In this document: positions 1 to 8,924 of the stretch, in pieces
How positions within the stretch are numbered: the first letter of the stretch is position 1
How the letters are laid out: each line of letters opens with the position of its first letter
Assembly: GCA_025999335.1 (NCBI GenBank)
Contig: AP024681.1
Span: 78,642-142,641, forward strand
Length of the DNA stretch: 64,000 bases
Reading direction: 5' to 3'
From: Candidatus Parcubacteria bacterium
GTDB lineage: Bacteria; Patescibacteriota; Minisyncoccia; UBA6257; HR35
Program-made: the position numbers and the translations under genes
The notes under the pieces: model-generated
Seen by the model: only the letters and a program-made list of their open reading frames with translations
Told to the model about the DNA's origin: nothing
Databases searched by the model: none

Positions 1-44
1 ATATAAGCTAAACGGTCAAAATATTGTTCTTGAGTTTGACTCAT
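1..44 (-). CDS. Partial CDS running off the window edge (MSQTQEQYFDRLAY...), possibly a SAM-dependent methyltransferase
   Basis: ATG at 44 on the minus strand, 10 nt after the GNAT stop, open to the window edge. YFDRLA resembles N-termini of class I methyltransferases, but only 14 codons are visible. Confidence 0.4.
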   Translation of the reverse strand, partial: MSQTQEQYFDRLAY

Positions 45-54
45 ATTTGAAAAA

Positions 55-543
55 TTAAATTTTTAATAAGTATATTATACTTTTTGTTTTAGCTTTCAAT
101 TTTTTAAAAAATTTATGAGAGTAAAAATTATCTACTTTAATTTCTATTCTAAAAAATTGCCTTCGTGTTTTAGATAATTTTTTCTTGAAATATTTTTTTA
201 AATATTTAATCACTTTAATGCCTATTCCCTGATCTCTAAATTGTTTATCAAGATAGATCAAACATAAATCTACATACTTATTACTAATATAAGTATGCAC
301 CATACCAATATTAGAATTATTTTTTTTAATAATAAAATATAAATTATTTTTATCTTTAAATTTGGTTAGTAAAATTTTAGCTAATTTTATTTTATTGAGC
401 TTAATATCTTCAAATTCATAAAAATAATTATAAATGTAATCAATTAAATTATTTAATAACTGTTTATTTCTGCGAACTTCCGACAATAATATTTTTTTAA
501 CAATAATATCAGAATTATTTAATTGCTTTTGATAATTTTTCAT
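55..543 (-). CDS. GNAT family N-acetyltransferase
   Basis: Acetyl-CoA binding motif A: IYLDKQFRDQGIGIKVI; C-terminal DNFYSHKFFKKL; 162 aa. Confidence 0.8.
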   Translation of the reverse strand: MKNYQKQLNNSDIIVKKILLSEVRRNKQLLNNLIDYIYNYFYEFEDIKLNKIKLAKILLTKFKDKNNLYFIIKKNNSNIGMVHTYISNKYVDLCLIYLDKQFRDQGIGIKVIKYLKKYFKKKLSKTRRQFFRIEIKVDNFYSHKFFKKLKAKTKSIIYLLKI

Positions 544-548
544 AGTAT

Positions 549-578
549 AATAATATAAACAATAATATAAACAATAAT
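549..578. repeat. 12-bp tandem repeat (AATAATATAAAC x2.5) in the divergent intergenic region
   Basis: Exact copies at 549-560 and 561-572, partial copy at 573-578. Confidence 0.7.
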
Positions 579-609
579 GTCGTTAATTAATTTTAATATA
601 ATTTCAATA

Positions 610-780
610 ATGAGCAAAATTAATCTCAATACAGCAATTAGAAAATGGTCTAAAGGAAAAAAGTATAATGGCTTTCATCCTACAGGTTATAATGATATTA
701 ATTGGCAAACAGTAAGAAAATTAGAAAAATTGGCAATGTTTAACTCAACTAAATGCTGCGCTAGTGGTACTTGTGACTAA
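610..780 (+). CDS. Putative RiPP (class II lanthipeptide-like) precursor peptide, 56 aa; ORF-track start at 577 is an alternative
   Basis: Leader AIRKW...HPTG resembles the IRAW...HPAG motif of mersacidin/lichenicidin-type leaders. C-terminal FNSTKCCASGTCD has 4 Ser/Thr and 3 Cys. Ends 16 nt before a LanM-type dehydratase. Confidence 0.8.
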   Translation: MSKINLNTAIRKWSKGKKYNGFHPTGYNDINWQTVRKLEKLAMFNSTKCCASGTCD

Positions 781-796
781 AAATTAATCTATCTTA

Positions 797-2314
797 ATGT
801 TTGAGATTTTTTATCAAGATCATTTAGAATTTTTTAAAAATAGTCTTAATAAACATATAAATCATCGTATTCTAAACAATAAAAATCTCTTTATTGAACA
901 TATTCTTAAAAATGTAATCAAAAATTTAGATAAAGTTATAGCGCCTATTGTTTGCTGGCAATTATATTTAGATAAAAGTAATAATCTTATCAAAGGCATA
1001 ACTAGTTACGAAAGATTCCAAAATTTTCTTAAATCAAGAAAAAATTCTTTACTTAAGATTTATAATAATATTGACAAAATAATAACTAATTATCTTACTG
1101 AAGAAGAATTATTTATAAAACAAATTCTTGAAATAGTATCTAAAAATTGGCGCCAAATTGATAAAATTTTTAATATTCACGCTCCTCTTTTGTATTTTCA
1201 AGAACCCACATCAAGCGATAGACATTATCAAGGCAAAAGAACAATCTTTTTAAAATTTAAAAATAATAAAATCATCAAAATTAAACCTTTCCTCTTTAGC
1301 TGTCAACCATTATTTTACGCAATTTTAAAAAAATTTAATCAAGACAACAGTCACAAATTAAAAATTACTCTTAATATTCAAATAGATAATTTTTGGTTTT
1401 CAGAATTTATTCCTGTACAAAATAAAAACATCAACATCCAATCAGCGGAAATATTTTATAAAAAATTAGGTTGCCTTTTTGCTTTAACTTTTGCTTTTAA
1501 CGGTTCTGATTATCATATGGAAAACATCATTGCTTCTAAAACAGATCCTGTAATAACGGACTCGGAAACGTTTTTTACTAATTATAGTATTTATAAAAAT
1601 AAAAAATTAATTAATAGTCTTTTAAGCACAGGTTTTATAGAACGTTTAACGAAAAATTCACCAACAAGCGCTATTTGGGGAGGCAATAAAAAATTGCTCA
1701 GCTTAACCCAGCCGATTATTATCAACCCCAACACAGATAAAATGAGATTAAAGTTTAAAAGTTTTAGTAAAATTTTACCTAATAATAGAATTTTTAAAGA
1801 TAATAAAATTTTATGGCAACCACAAAAATTCAAAAAGCATATTCTGCAAAGTTTTCAAGAAACCTATTTATGGATTATCCGAAACAAAGAAAATATACTC
1901 AATCTTATTGATAATTATCAACAACCAATTTTTACACGAGTTATCTTAAGGAAAACATCTTTTTATGCTATTTTAATTCAACACATTCTCCAACCAATTA
2001 ATTTACCTTTATCTCAATTCAAACTTAAATTAAAACACGCTTTTTATCAAAATAGTCAAAGATTCCATAATAATTACAAAAATTTTTTATTTAAAAAAAT
2101 CATCGCCTATGAAATAAACAATATCCAAAAAATATCTATCCCTATCTTTTGGCAAAATATTAAAGAAAAACATCTTTATCTAGGCGAAGAAAAATACAAA
2201 AATTTTTTTCCTAAAACAGCTTATGAATTACTAAATGAAAAATTACAAACAATGAATAATCGTCAATTACAATACTACCTTCAAAAAATTAATAATTATT
2301 TATCGCCTAAATGA
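797..2314 (+). CDS. Stand-alone LanM-type dehydratase domain protein (DUF4135-like), no LanC cyclase domain
   Basis: LanM motifs in order: GITSYERFQNF; SDRHYQGKRT...KIKP; FYKKLGCLFAL..FNGSDYHMENIIA...PVITDSETFF; SLLSTG; TRVILRKTSFY; EINNIQKISIPIF. Protein stops at 505 aa, where a cyclase domain would begin. Confidence 0.85.
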   Translation: MFEIFYQDHLEFFKNSLNKHINHRILNNKNLFIEHILKNVIKNLDKVIAPIVCWQLYLDKSNNLIKGITSYERFQNFLKSRKNSLLKIYNNIDKIITNYLTEEELFIKQILEIVSKNWRQIDKIFNIHAPLLYFQEPTSSDRHYQGKRTIFLKFKNNKIIKIKPFLFSCQPLFYAILKKFNQDNSHKLKITLNIQIDNFWFSEFIPVQNKNINIQSAEIFYKKLGCLFALTFAFNGSDYHMENIIASKTDPVITDSETFFTNYSIYKNKKLINSLLSTGFIERLTKNSPTSAIWGGNKKLLSLTQPIIINPNTDKMRLKFKSFSKILPNNRIFKDNKILWQPQKFKKHILQSFQETYLWIIRNKENILNLIDNYQQPIFTRVILRKTSFYAILIQHILQPINLPLSQFKLKLKHAFYQNSQRFHNNYKNFLFKKIIAYEINNIQKISIPIFWQNIKEKHLYLGEEKYKNFFPKTAYELLNEKLQTMNNRQLQYYLQKINNYLSPK

Positions 2315-2709
2315 ATCTGCTTGTTTGCTTTACTAAATTGCCAATTAAAAATAATAAAAATAGACAACGCCAAACTATCAGCGATTAAACAATAATAACA
2401 AAAATTGCCTAAAATAAAAAATTGAACATAAATTAAATAAAGAGCAAAAATAAACCCTAAAGTAGTTATAAAAATTTTTATTCTCATCAACTTTTGACTA
2501 GTAAATAAAAATAGAAAGAAAATAACAACAAAATATATTACACCTAATAAAGCAACATTAATACCTAAAAATTCAGAATATTCGCTCTTAATAACTAAAT
2601 TACAACCACTAAGGCCACAAGCAACGCCTTCGCTTTGAGAGAGATAAAGAAGATAAAGTGAAATTAAAATACCTAATCCCGACAGAAATAAAATTACTTT
2701 TTTTGTCAT
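2296..2709 (-). CDS. Vitamin K epoxide reductase (VKOR) family membrane protein
   Basis: Loop cysteines CGLSGC, V..SEYS..LG, and CYYC redox motif; four hydrophobic helices. Confidence 0.9.
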   Translation of the reverse strand: MTKKVILFLSGLGILISLYLLYLSQSEGVACGLSGCNLVIKSEYSEFLGINVALLGVIYFVVIFFLFLFTSQKLMRIKIFITTLGFIFALYLIYVQFFILGNFCYYCLIADSLALSIFIIFNWQFSKANKQIHLGDK

Positions 2710-2746
2710 TTTAAAATTATCATTATTTTAATAATAACTATTTATT

Positions 2747-3361
2747 TTAATAATGTTTTAATATTTGTCTAACTATCTTTTTTAAAGCAAAATAGCGATG
2801 ATTAATTTGTTTATGCTCGTCAATATCTAAATCAACATAATATTTTTTAAATTTACTTACTATAAACAACGAACGAAAGGGATAGCCTTTAATCATTTTT
2901 TGAGATGGTTGTTTAGCTATTTCGCCTTCTGTCTTAGCTTCGCTAAATAAAATTAAATCACGATGGCTATCGTAAAAAACTAAAGTTGTTGTTAAATATG
3001 CTTTTCTTTCTTTGCCTTCGGCTTTATGCATTTTTTTCAAAGTATACTCTATCAATTCTTCATCGCTCATTTCGTATCCCGCCCATCTTTTTGATTTTAC
3101 GCCTGGTTCATTATTAAGATAAGGAATAACTAAACCACCGTCATCAGACAAAACAGGTAATTGCAATAATTCTGAGTATTGCTTGCTTTTTAATAAAGCA
3201 TTTTGGAAAAATGAATCCCCATTCTCTTCAACTACATAATTGACTTTTAAATCAATCAAAGAAGAAATATTAAATTTTTCTTCTAATAATAAATGAAACA
3301 AATATTCCTTTATTTCCTTAGCCTTGCCTTGATTATGAGTACCTATAACTAAATGATTCAT
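2747..3361 (-). CDS. rdgB: Non-canonical purine NTP pyrophosphatase (Ham1/RdgB family)
   Basis: GTHNQGKAKE, EENGDSFFQNALLK, SDDGGL, PGVKSKRW, INHR motifs. Confidence 0.9.
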   Translation of the reverse strand: MNHLVIGTHNQGKAKEIKEYLFHLLLEEKFNISSLIDLKVNYVVEENGDSFFQNALLKSKQYSELLQLPVLSDDGGLVIPYLNNEPGVKSKRWAGYEMSDEELIEYTLKKMHKAEGKERKAYLTTTLVFYDSHRDLILFSEAKTEGEIAKQPSQKMIKGYPFRSLFIVSKFKKYYVDLDIDEHKQINHRYFALKKIVRQILKHY

Positions 3362-3381
3362 TGTTAAAATTAGTTAGATTT

Positions 3382-4593
3382 TTATTCGTAACGCAATGCT
3401 TCAATGGGATCTAATTTAGCGGCTCTTTTAGCTGGATAATAACCAAAAATCAAACCAACAGAAACAGAGACGGCTATAGATATAATAACTGCTTGCATCG
3501 AAACATAAGTGGTAATATTGGCAAAACGACTAATTAGAATAGATATTACCACTCCTAATATTATACCTATAAAACATCCAAAGGAAGTAATAATAATCGA
3601 TTCTAAAATAATTTGACGAAGAATATCGCTGTTTTTAGCGCCGAGTGCCTTACGCAAGCCTATCTCTTTTGTTCTTTCAACAACACTAGTAAGCATCATA
3701 TTCATAATACCAATACCCCCAACTATTAAAGATATTCCCGCAACAAATGATAAAAATAAAGTAAAAGTATTAATAATCGAAGTTAGAGTTGCTAAAATGT
3801 CTTCCTGAGAAAATACCGAAAAATCTGGTTCGTCAACTTTGTGTAACTGCATTAATCGTGAAGTTACTGCCTGCCTTACATAATCTATGTTATTTTTAGA
3901 ATTAACCTTCACAGCAATGCTATTAAAATATTCATTGCCTGATAATTGTTTTTGCATTACCGAATAAGGAATAATGATAAAGTCATCATAATTAACAAAT
4001 CCAGCTGAACCTTTTGCCGCTAAAACGCCTATAACTTTAAAATTAACACCTCTAATACGTATTTTTCTATCAATTGGGTCTATATCGTTAAATAAATCTT
4101 TAGCTATTTGATTACCCAAAACAGCAACCTTTGCATAAGATCTTAATTGTTCATCATTAAAAATAGACCCTTTATCAATTACCATATTCCTCACTACAAA
4201 AAATTCTTTACTGCCACCTAAAATAATAGTATTTCTATTATTCCCAACATCAGATATTACTTGAAAACGTCGTTGAACTTCTGGAGATATGGCTTCAATT
4301 TCAAGAATATCGCGAATAGCTTCAATATCATCTTTTTTTAAAACTTGCGCATCACCTCGCCCACTAGAAACAAAACCTCTTCCTGGTTGGACAACACCCG
4401 GAAATATTATTAAATTATTTGAACCTAAACTTTCTATACTCCTTTGAATACTAATTTTTGAACCTTCGCCTAATGATATCATTGAAACAACAGCAGCAAC
4501 GCCAATCATAATACCTAAAATAGACAACAAGGTCCGCAACTTATTGCTTCTTAAAGAATCTAAAGACTCATTAACTAAATCTTTAATTCTCAT
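3382..4593 (-). CDS. MacB/FtsX-like ABC transporter permease
   Basis: [20 protein letters not shown]; [28 protein letters not shown]; [17 protein letters not shown]. Confidence 0.95.
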   Translation of the reverse strand: MRIKDLVNESLDSLRSNKLRTLLSILGIMIGVAAVVSMISLGEGSKISIQRSIESLGSNNLIIFPGVVQPGRGFVSSGRGDAQVLKKDDIEAIRDILEIEAISPEVQRRFQVISDVGNNRNTIILGGSKEFFVVRNMVIDKGSIFNDEQLRSYAKVAVLGNQIAKDLFNDIDPIDRKIRIRGVNFKVIGVLAAKGSAGFVNYDDFIIIPYSVMQKQLSGNEYFNSIAVKVNSKNNIDYVRQAVTSRLMQLHKVDEPDFSVFSQEDILATLTSIINTFTLFLSFVAGISLIVGGIGIMNMMLTSVVERTKEIGLRKALGAKNSDILRQIILESIIITSFGCFIGIILGVVISILISRFANITTYVSMQAVIISIAVSVSVGLIFGYYPAKRAAKLDPIEALRYE

Positions 4594-5303
4594 TTATGAT
4601 ATAATTGTTTTCTGTTAATTACTTTCATATCTTCAACTTTTTCACCATCCTTAATTTTAATAATTCTCTCTGAATGTTTGGCTACATCTTCTTCGTGAGT
4701 AATCAAAATTACCGAGATATTTTTTTCGCTATTTAGTTTTTGTAAAGTATGCAAAACAATTTCACCTGTTTTAGTATCCAAATTACCTGTTGGTTCATCA
4801 GCTAAAATTATTTCTGGATCATTCATTAAAGCTCTAGCAATAGCAACTCGTTGCATCATACCCCCAGATATTTGATTTGGCTTATGATATATAAAATCTA
4901 AAGGAAAAGCTGTTGCTTGTAGACATTCTAAAGCCTTTTCCTTTCTTGCTTTAAATGATAAATAATTATTAGCATACAAAGATGGTAAAATTACATTTTC
5001 TAAAACATTTTTTCTTGAAAGTAAAAAGAAAGCCTGAAAAACAAAACCTATTTTTTTATTTCTAATATCAGCTAATTCGTTATCATTCAAAAGACTAATG
5101 TCTGTATTTTCTAAAAAATATTTTCCACTTGTTGGTTTTTCTAAACAACCTAAAATGTGCATTAAAGTTGACTTACCAGAACCAGAAGGCCCCATAATAG
5201 CTATAAACTCGCCTTTTTTTATTTCTAAAGATATATTCTTGACAGCAACTGTTTCAAAAGCGCCAGTTTTATATATCTTAGTAATATTTTCTAACTTGAT
5301 CAT
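4590..5303 (-). CDS. ABC transporter ATP-binding protein (MacB/LolD type)
   Basis: Walker [10 protein letters not shown], signature [15 protein letters not shown], Walker [12 protein letters not shown]. Confidence 0.95.
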   Translation of the reverse strand: MIKLENITKIYKTGAFETVAVKNISLEIKKGEFIAIMGPSGSGKSTLMHILGCLEKPTSGKYFLENTDISLLNDNELADIRNKKIGFVFQAFFLLSRKNVLENVILPSLYANNYLSFKARKEKALECLQATAFPLDFIYHKPNQISGGMMQRVAIARALMNDPEIILADEPTGNLDTKTGEIVLHTLQKLNSEKNISVILITHEEDVAKHSERIIKIKDGEKVEDMKVINRKQLYHK

Positions 5304-5313
5304 TAAAAGTTGT

Positions 5314-7068
5314 TTATCTATTTCGCGAATTATTAGTTGTCGTTGTTCTACCAGTAAATTGTCGAGGATTGGGCATTAATCGCTGAAACAATCCTTGACT
5401 TTGAGTAAGGGTTGTATTATTGTTATCTATTTTCTTTAAGATAAAAATATCGTTTTCTTTCAAACCATCAATAATTTCAGTAAAACGATTATCACTAATA
5501 CCTGTTTTGATAAAAATTTTTTTAGGTTCAAAATTTAACTTAACAGGACGTTCAGAAATATTACTTATATTATCTTTCTCATCAGGAACTAAAATAAATT
5601 TTTTATTATTTAAAGATTGAATAGCGTTATTAGGCACAACTAAAATATTATCTTTTATTTCAACGATAATTTCCGCATTAACTGTCATTCCTAGTTTTAA
5701 CTTATTGTTATCGGGCAATGAAATTTTAACTTTATAACTAACAACTCCTTGATTAACATCACCAACATAATCAATGCTTAAGACTTTGCCTTCAAGTTGT
5801 AAATTCGGTTCAGCATCAAAAGTTAAAATTGCTTTTTGACCAACTTTTACTGAAACAACATCAACTTCATTTAAATCTAATTCAGCAATTTTTTGATCAG
5901 AGATAATATTATAAATAGCGCTACCACTATTTATTAAATCATTAACATTGTAATACTTTTTCTGAATAATTCCGCTTAAAGGAGCGTAGATATTATAATC
6001 TTTTAAATCCTCTTTTAAATCTTCTAAATCTTGTTGTGCTTTTTTTAACTCATTGTTTAATTTTTCAATATTTTTCTTTTTTTGTTCAATAGTATTTTTC
6101 ATTGTCTCAATATCCAACGATTTAGAACGCAAAGAATCATTGTAATTATTTAAAGTTTGCGACATTACTGCTAATTCATCGTTGTATTTTGTGTATTTGT
6201 TATATATACTATTTAAAGTTGTAAAATGCTGCTCAATAATATTTTGTTTAGCGTGCAAGGATTGATTAAAAATTATATCATTTTTTAGTTTAATAATAAT
6301 ATCTAAAATATCTTTAATAAAATTCTGGTTTTTTAAAACAAAAGCATAAGTTTTATCAATTAAGTCTTTATTAAAAACATTGCTTTGATATTTTGTTGTT
6401 TGAAAATTGCTATATAGATCATCAAACTCTTTTTTTAGACTATCTTTATTGCGTCTTAAATTATCACTTAAATTTTTATATTGCGGAAAATAAAAAAGAT
6501 AATAATCTATATTATCAAAATTGCTATCTAAATCTTTATTAAAATATATTCTGTCAATACTATTAAAATCATTAGCGTACTGAGAATAAAAATCTGATAA
6601 AGTTTTTAATACTAATTCATATTTCTTTTTTATGTCATCGCCTCTTTGTAGTTGCTCATATTCTAGCAGTATTTTTTGTAAACTAATATTAGAACTTTGA
6701 ATATCTAAATTACCAATATCGATATTTTTCTTTATGTCTTCTATATTTTTTTCTATATTTCTAATATTTCTTTTCACTGAAGTATCATCTATTGAAACTA
6801 TCAACTGACCATTTTTTACATAATCTCCTTCTTGCGCTCCTAAATAAACTAACTTCCCGCTCACCAATGATTTTACTAAAAAACTATCAGAAGTTGTCAC
6901 ATAACCAGAACCTGATACTATTTTTTGAATTTTATCTCTTTTAACCCTGTCTAAAATATACCCTTCCGGAGATTTTAGCCCTCGTTGAAAATAAAAATAG
7001 TATCCTAAAGCTAACAATAATATCACAGACAAAAAAATAAAAAATTTATTAAAAATAATTTTTCTCAT
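5314..7068 (-). CDS. Membrane fusion / periplasmic adaptor protein (MacA/HlyD-like) with long coiled-coil
   Basis: N-terminal TM; lipoyl halves (VSGKL...EGDYVKNGQLI; IYAPLSGII); LNEVDVVSVKVGQKA; LKLGMTVNAEI; upstream of the ABC genes. Confidence 0.9.
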   Translation of the reverse strand: MRKIIFNKFFIFLSVILLLALGYYFYFQRGLKSPEGYILDRVKRDKIQKIVSGSGYVTTSDSFLVKSLVSGKLVYLGAQEGDYVKNGQLIVSIDDTSVKRNIRNIEKNIEDIKKNIDIGNLDIQSSNISLQKILLEYEQLQRGDDIKKKYELVLKTLSDFYSQYANDFNSIDRIYFNKDLDSNFDNIDYYLFYFPQYKNLSDNLRRNKDSLKKEFDDLYSNFQTTKYQSNVFNKDLIDKTYAFVLKNQNFIKDILDIIIKLKNDIIFNQSLHAKQNIIEQHFTTLNSIYNKYTKYNDELAVMSQTLNNYNDSLRSKSLDIETMKNTIEQKKKNIEKLNNELKKAQQDLEDLKEDLKDYNIYAPLSGIIQKKYYNVNDLINSGSAIYNIISDQKIAELDLNEVDVVSVKVGQKAILTFDAEPNLQLEGKVLSIDYVGDVNQGVVSYKVKISLPDNNKLKLGMTVNAEIIVEIKDNILVVPNNAIQSLNNKKFILVPDEKDNISNISERPVKLNFEPKKIFIKTGISDNRFTEIIDGLKENDIFILKKIDNNNTTLTQSQGLFQRLMPNPRQFTGRTTTTNNSRNR

Positions 7069-7185
7069 TTTTGGTTATGTTTCAGCAAACAATTAGTAAA
7101 CGAATAATTCAAAATTATTTTATCATATTAATAAAACATCGTCAAATTTATATAAGGAGTTGCTTATTTGTATTACTTCACAAAA

Positions 7186-8175
7186 CTATAAAATATCAGT
7201 TTCTTTAATTAATTTTTTAAATCTTTCAATTAAAACAACATTCTCGGGATCCACTTTATACAATTGAGCTAAATAATAAGTTACCCAATCGCCAAAAATT
7301 AAATTATCGAAAATTTTATAAAAAATATTTTGATACTGTTTGAGAATGATTTTTTCTAAAACAAAATTTTTTTCTTGCAAAATTTTTTCTAAAACAAGCA
7401 TTCTTTTTTTAATACGCTCATCATCGCTATCGTCAAACAAAAATAAAAAATAAAATTTTTTAAAACAATTATTGCTTGTTTTAAAATCAAAACCTGACAT
7501 TTCGTTATGATTTAATTCAGGAAAAAAATTACAGAAAGCAGGAATTTTGCTTGTCTCGTTAAATTTTATTTTCCAATTATAAGCTAAAGCAAAATTATTT
7601 TCAGAAGCATAAATTATAGGTATATAACCAAATAACTTTTGAGCAAAAATTTTTCCTTTTTCTCTTAGATCTAAAGGATTAAAATAATTAGCTAAATCTT
7701 CCAATTCTTTTAAAGCTTTATTTTGTTTCATTACCTTTAATAAAGCTTTTATCATTACCACAGTCGCAAAACGAGGTTGCGTATCAATATCTGGCAACTG
7801 AATATAAGGAATTTTATATTTCTTGGCTATCTCCAAAAGTTTTCCTCCTTTACTAATAACAACTTGATTTTTTAACTGTTTTTTTATTGATTCTTCGCAA
7901 GCAGAAATAACTTCTTCGGTATTGCCAGAATAAGAAATAAAAATTATTAAATATTTTTTTAAACTTTGCAAATTTAAAGGAGGTAAATTATAATTTTGAC
8001 GAATAAATAAATCTAAAGAAGGATTATAAATTTTTAATAAATCACCAGCTAAATGAGAACCCCCCATGCCTATAATCAGAAATTTTGGATGGTAAGAAAA
8101 ATTATTATAATTTTGAATAACGGGTTTATATTTTAAATGATTTTTAAAATTTTTAAGAGTAGTTATAAGATTCAT
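7186..8175 (-). CDS. Bifunctional phosphoglucose/phosphomannose isomerase (SIS domain)
   Basis: GMGGS, SYSGNTEE, QPR, WKIKFNETSK, PELNHNE motifs. Confidence 0.9.
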   Translation of the reverse strand: MNLITTLKNFKNHLKYKPVIQNYNNFSYHPKFLIIGMGGSHLAGDLLKIYNPSLDLFIRQNYNLPPLNLQSLKKYLIIFISYSGNTEEVISACEESIKKQLKNQVVISKGGKLLEIAKKYKIPYIQLPDIDTQPRFATVVMIKALLKVMKQNKALKELEDLANYFNPLDLREKGKIFAQKLFGYIPIIYASENNFALAYNWKIKFNETSKIPAFCNFFPELNHNEMSGFDFKTSNNCFKKFYFLFLFDDSDDERIKKRMLVLEKILQEKNFVLEKIILKQYQNIFYKIFDNLIFGDWVTYYLAQLYKVDPENVVLIERFKKLIKETDIL

Positions 8176-8213
8176 AATTTTAAAATAATACTATTTTATA
8201 TATTAATTATAAA

Positions 8214-8924
8214 TTACAATTTTTCAAAAATAACTAAACCTGTTTCAACATAAGAAAATGGATTATATTGATTTTCTTTTCTGTCATAATGTAAAAACCT
8301 TACTTTACCTAAATCATTAATTAATTCTTCGCAAATTTTATAACCCGGTAAATTTTTATTTTGAAATAATTCGTAAAATTTCTGTGTTAACGATGAATAA
8401 ATTTCTTTTGGCGGAGGCAAACGAAGAGGGAAAATATGTACACGACCTCCGGGCTTCACAACTCTTAAAATCTCAGCTAAAGCAGACACATAAGCTTCAA
8501 AAGTTTTTAAATAACTTAAACTATATAAAGACAAAACATAGTCAAAGGAATCATTTTTAAAAGGTAAATCAACAAATTCGCCTGCTAACAAAGGCAAAGG
8601 TTGTTTTTGTTGTTGATAATGCAATTGTTTATCGATTCGTCGCGTTTTAAAAACTAAACTAATATCAAGACAAACAATTTCTGTATCGTTAAATTTTTCC
8701 TTTAATTGCCTAGCGAACTTCTGATATTTGCCTGAACCTAAATCTAAAATTTTTTTATTCTTTAAATCCTCTAAATTCAAATGTAAAAATGATAAATAAT
8801 CGTCTAAAGGCCTGTCGGTTAAACCAAAATCTTCTAAGCGACTGCCTTCTTTTTTTCTACGTTTAAATTGTTCATCTTGGTTAAACTGATCCTCTGATGG
8901 CATTATTAATTTTAAAAATATCAC
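8214..8924 (-). CDS. Class I SAM-dependent methyltransferase
   Basis: KILDLGSG; LPFKNDSFDYVLS; EILRVVKPGG. Confidence 0.85.
   Translation of the reverse strand: MIFLKLIMPSEDQFNQDEQFKRRKKEGSRLEDFGLTDRPLDDYLSFLHLNLEDLKNKKILDLGSGKYQKFARQLKEKFNDTEIVCLDISLVFKTRRIDKQLHYQQQKQPLPLLAGEFVDLPFKNDSFDYVLSLYSLSYLKTFEAYVSALAEILRVVKPGGRVHIFPLRLPPPKEIYSSLTQKFYELFQNKNLPGYKICEELINDLGKVRFLHYDRKENQYNPFSYVETGLVIFEKL

Noticed and set aside
2296-2709. VKOR as part of the RiPP cluster (disulfide formation in the Cys-rich core)
   Set aside because: Convergent and at the end of a housekeeping run; more simply the redox partner of a DsbA-like protein.
3382-7068. MacAB-like ABC system as the dedicated exporter or immunity system of the RiPP
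   Set aside because: Opposite strand, separated by VKOR and rdgB, no peptidase domain, and this transporter type is generic. The link is possible but unsupported.
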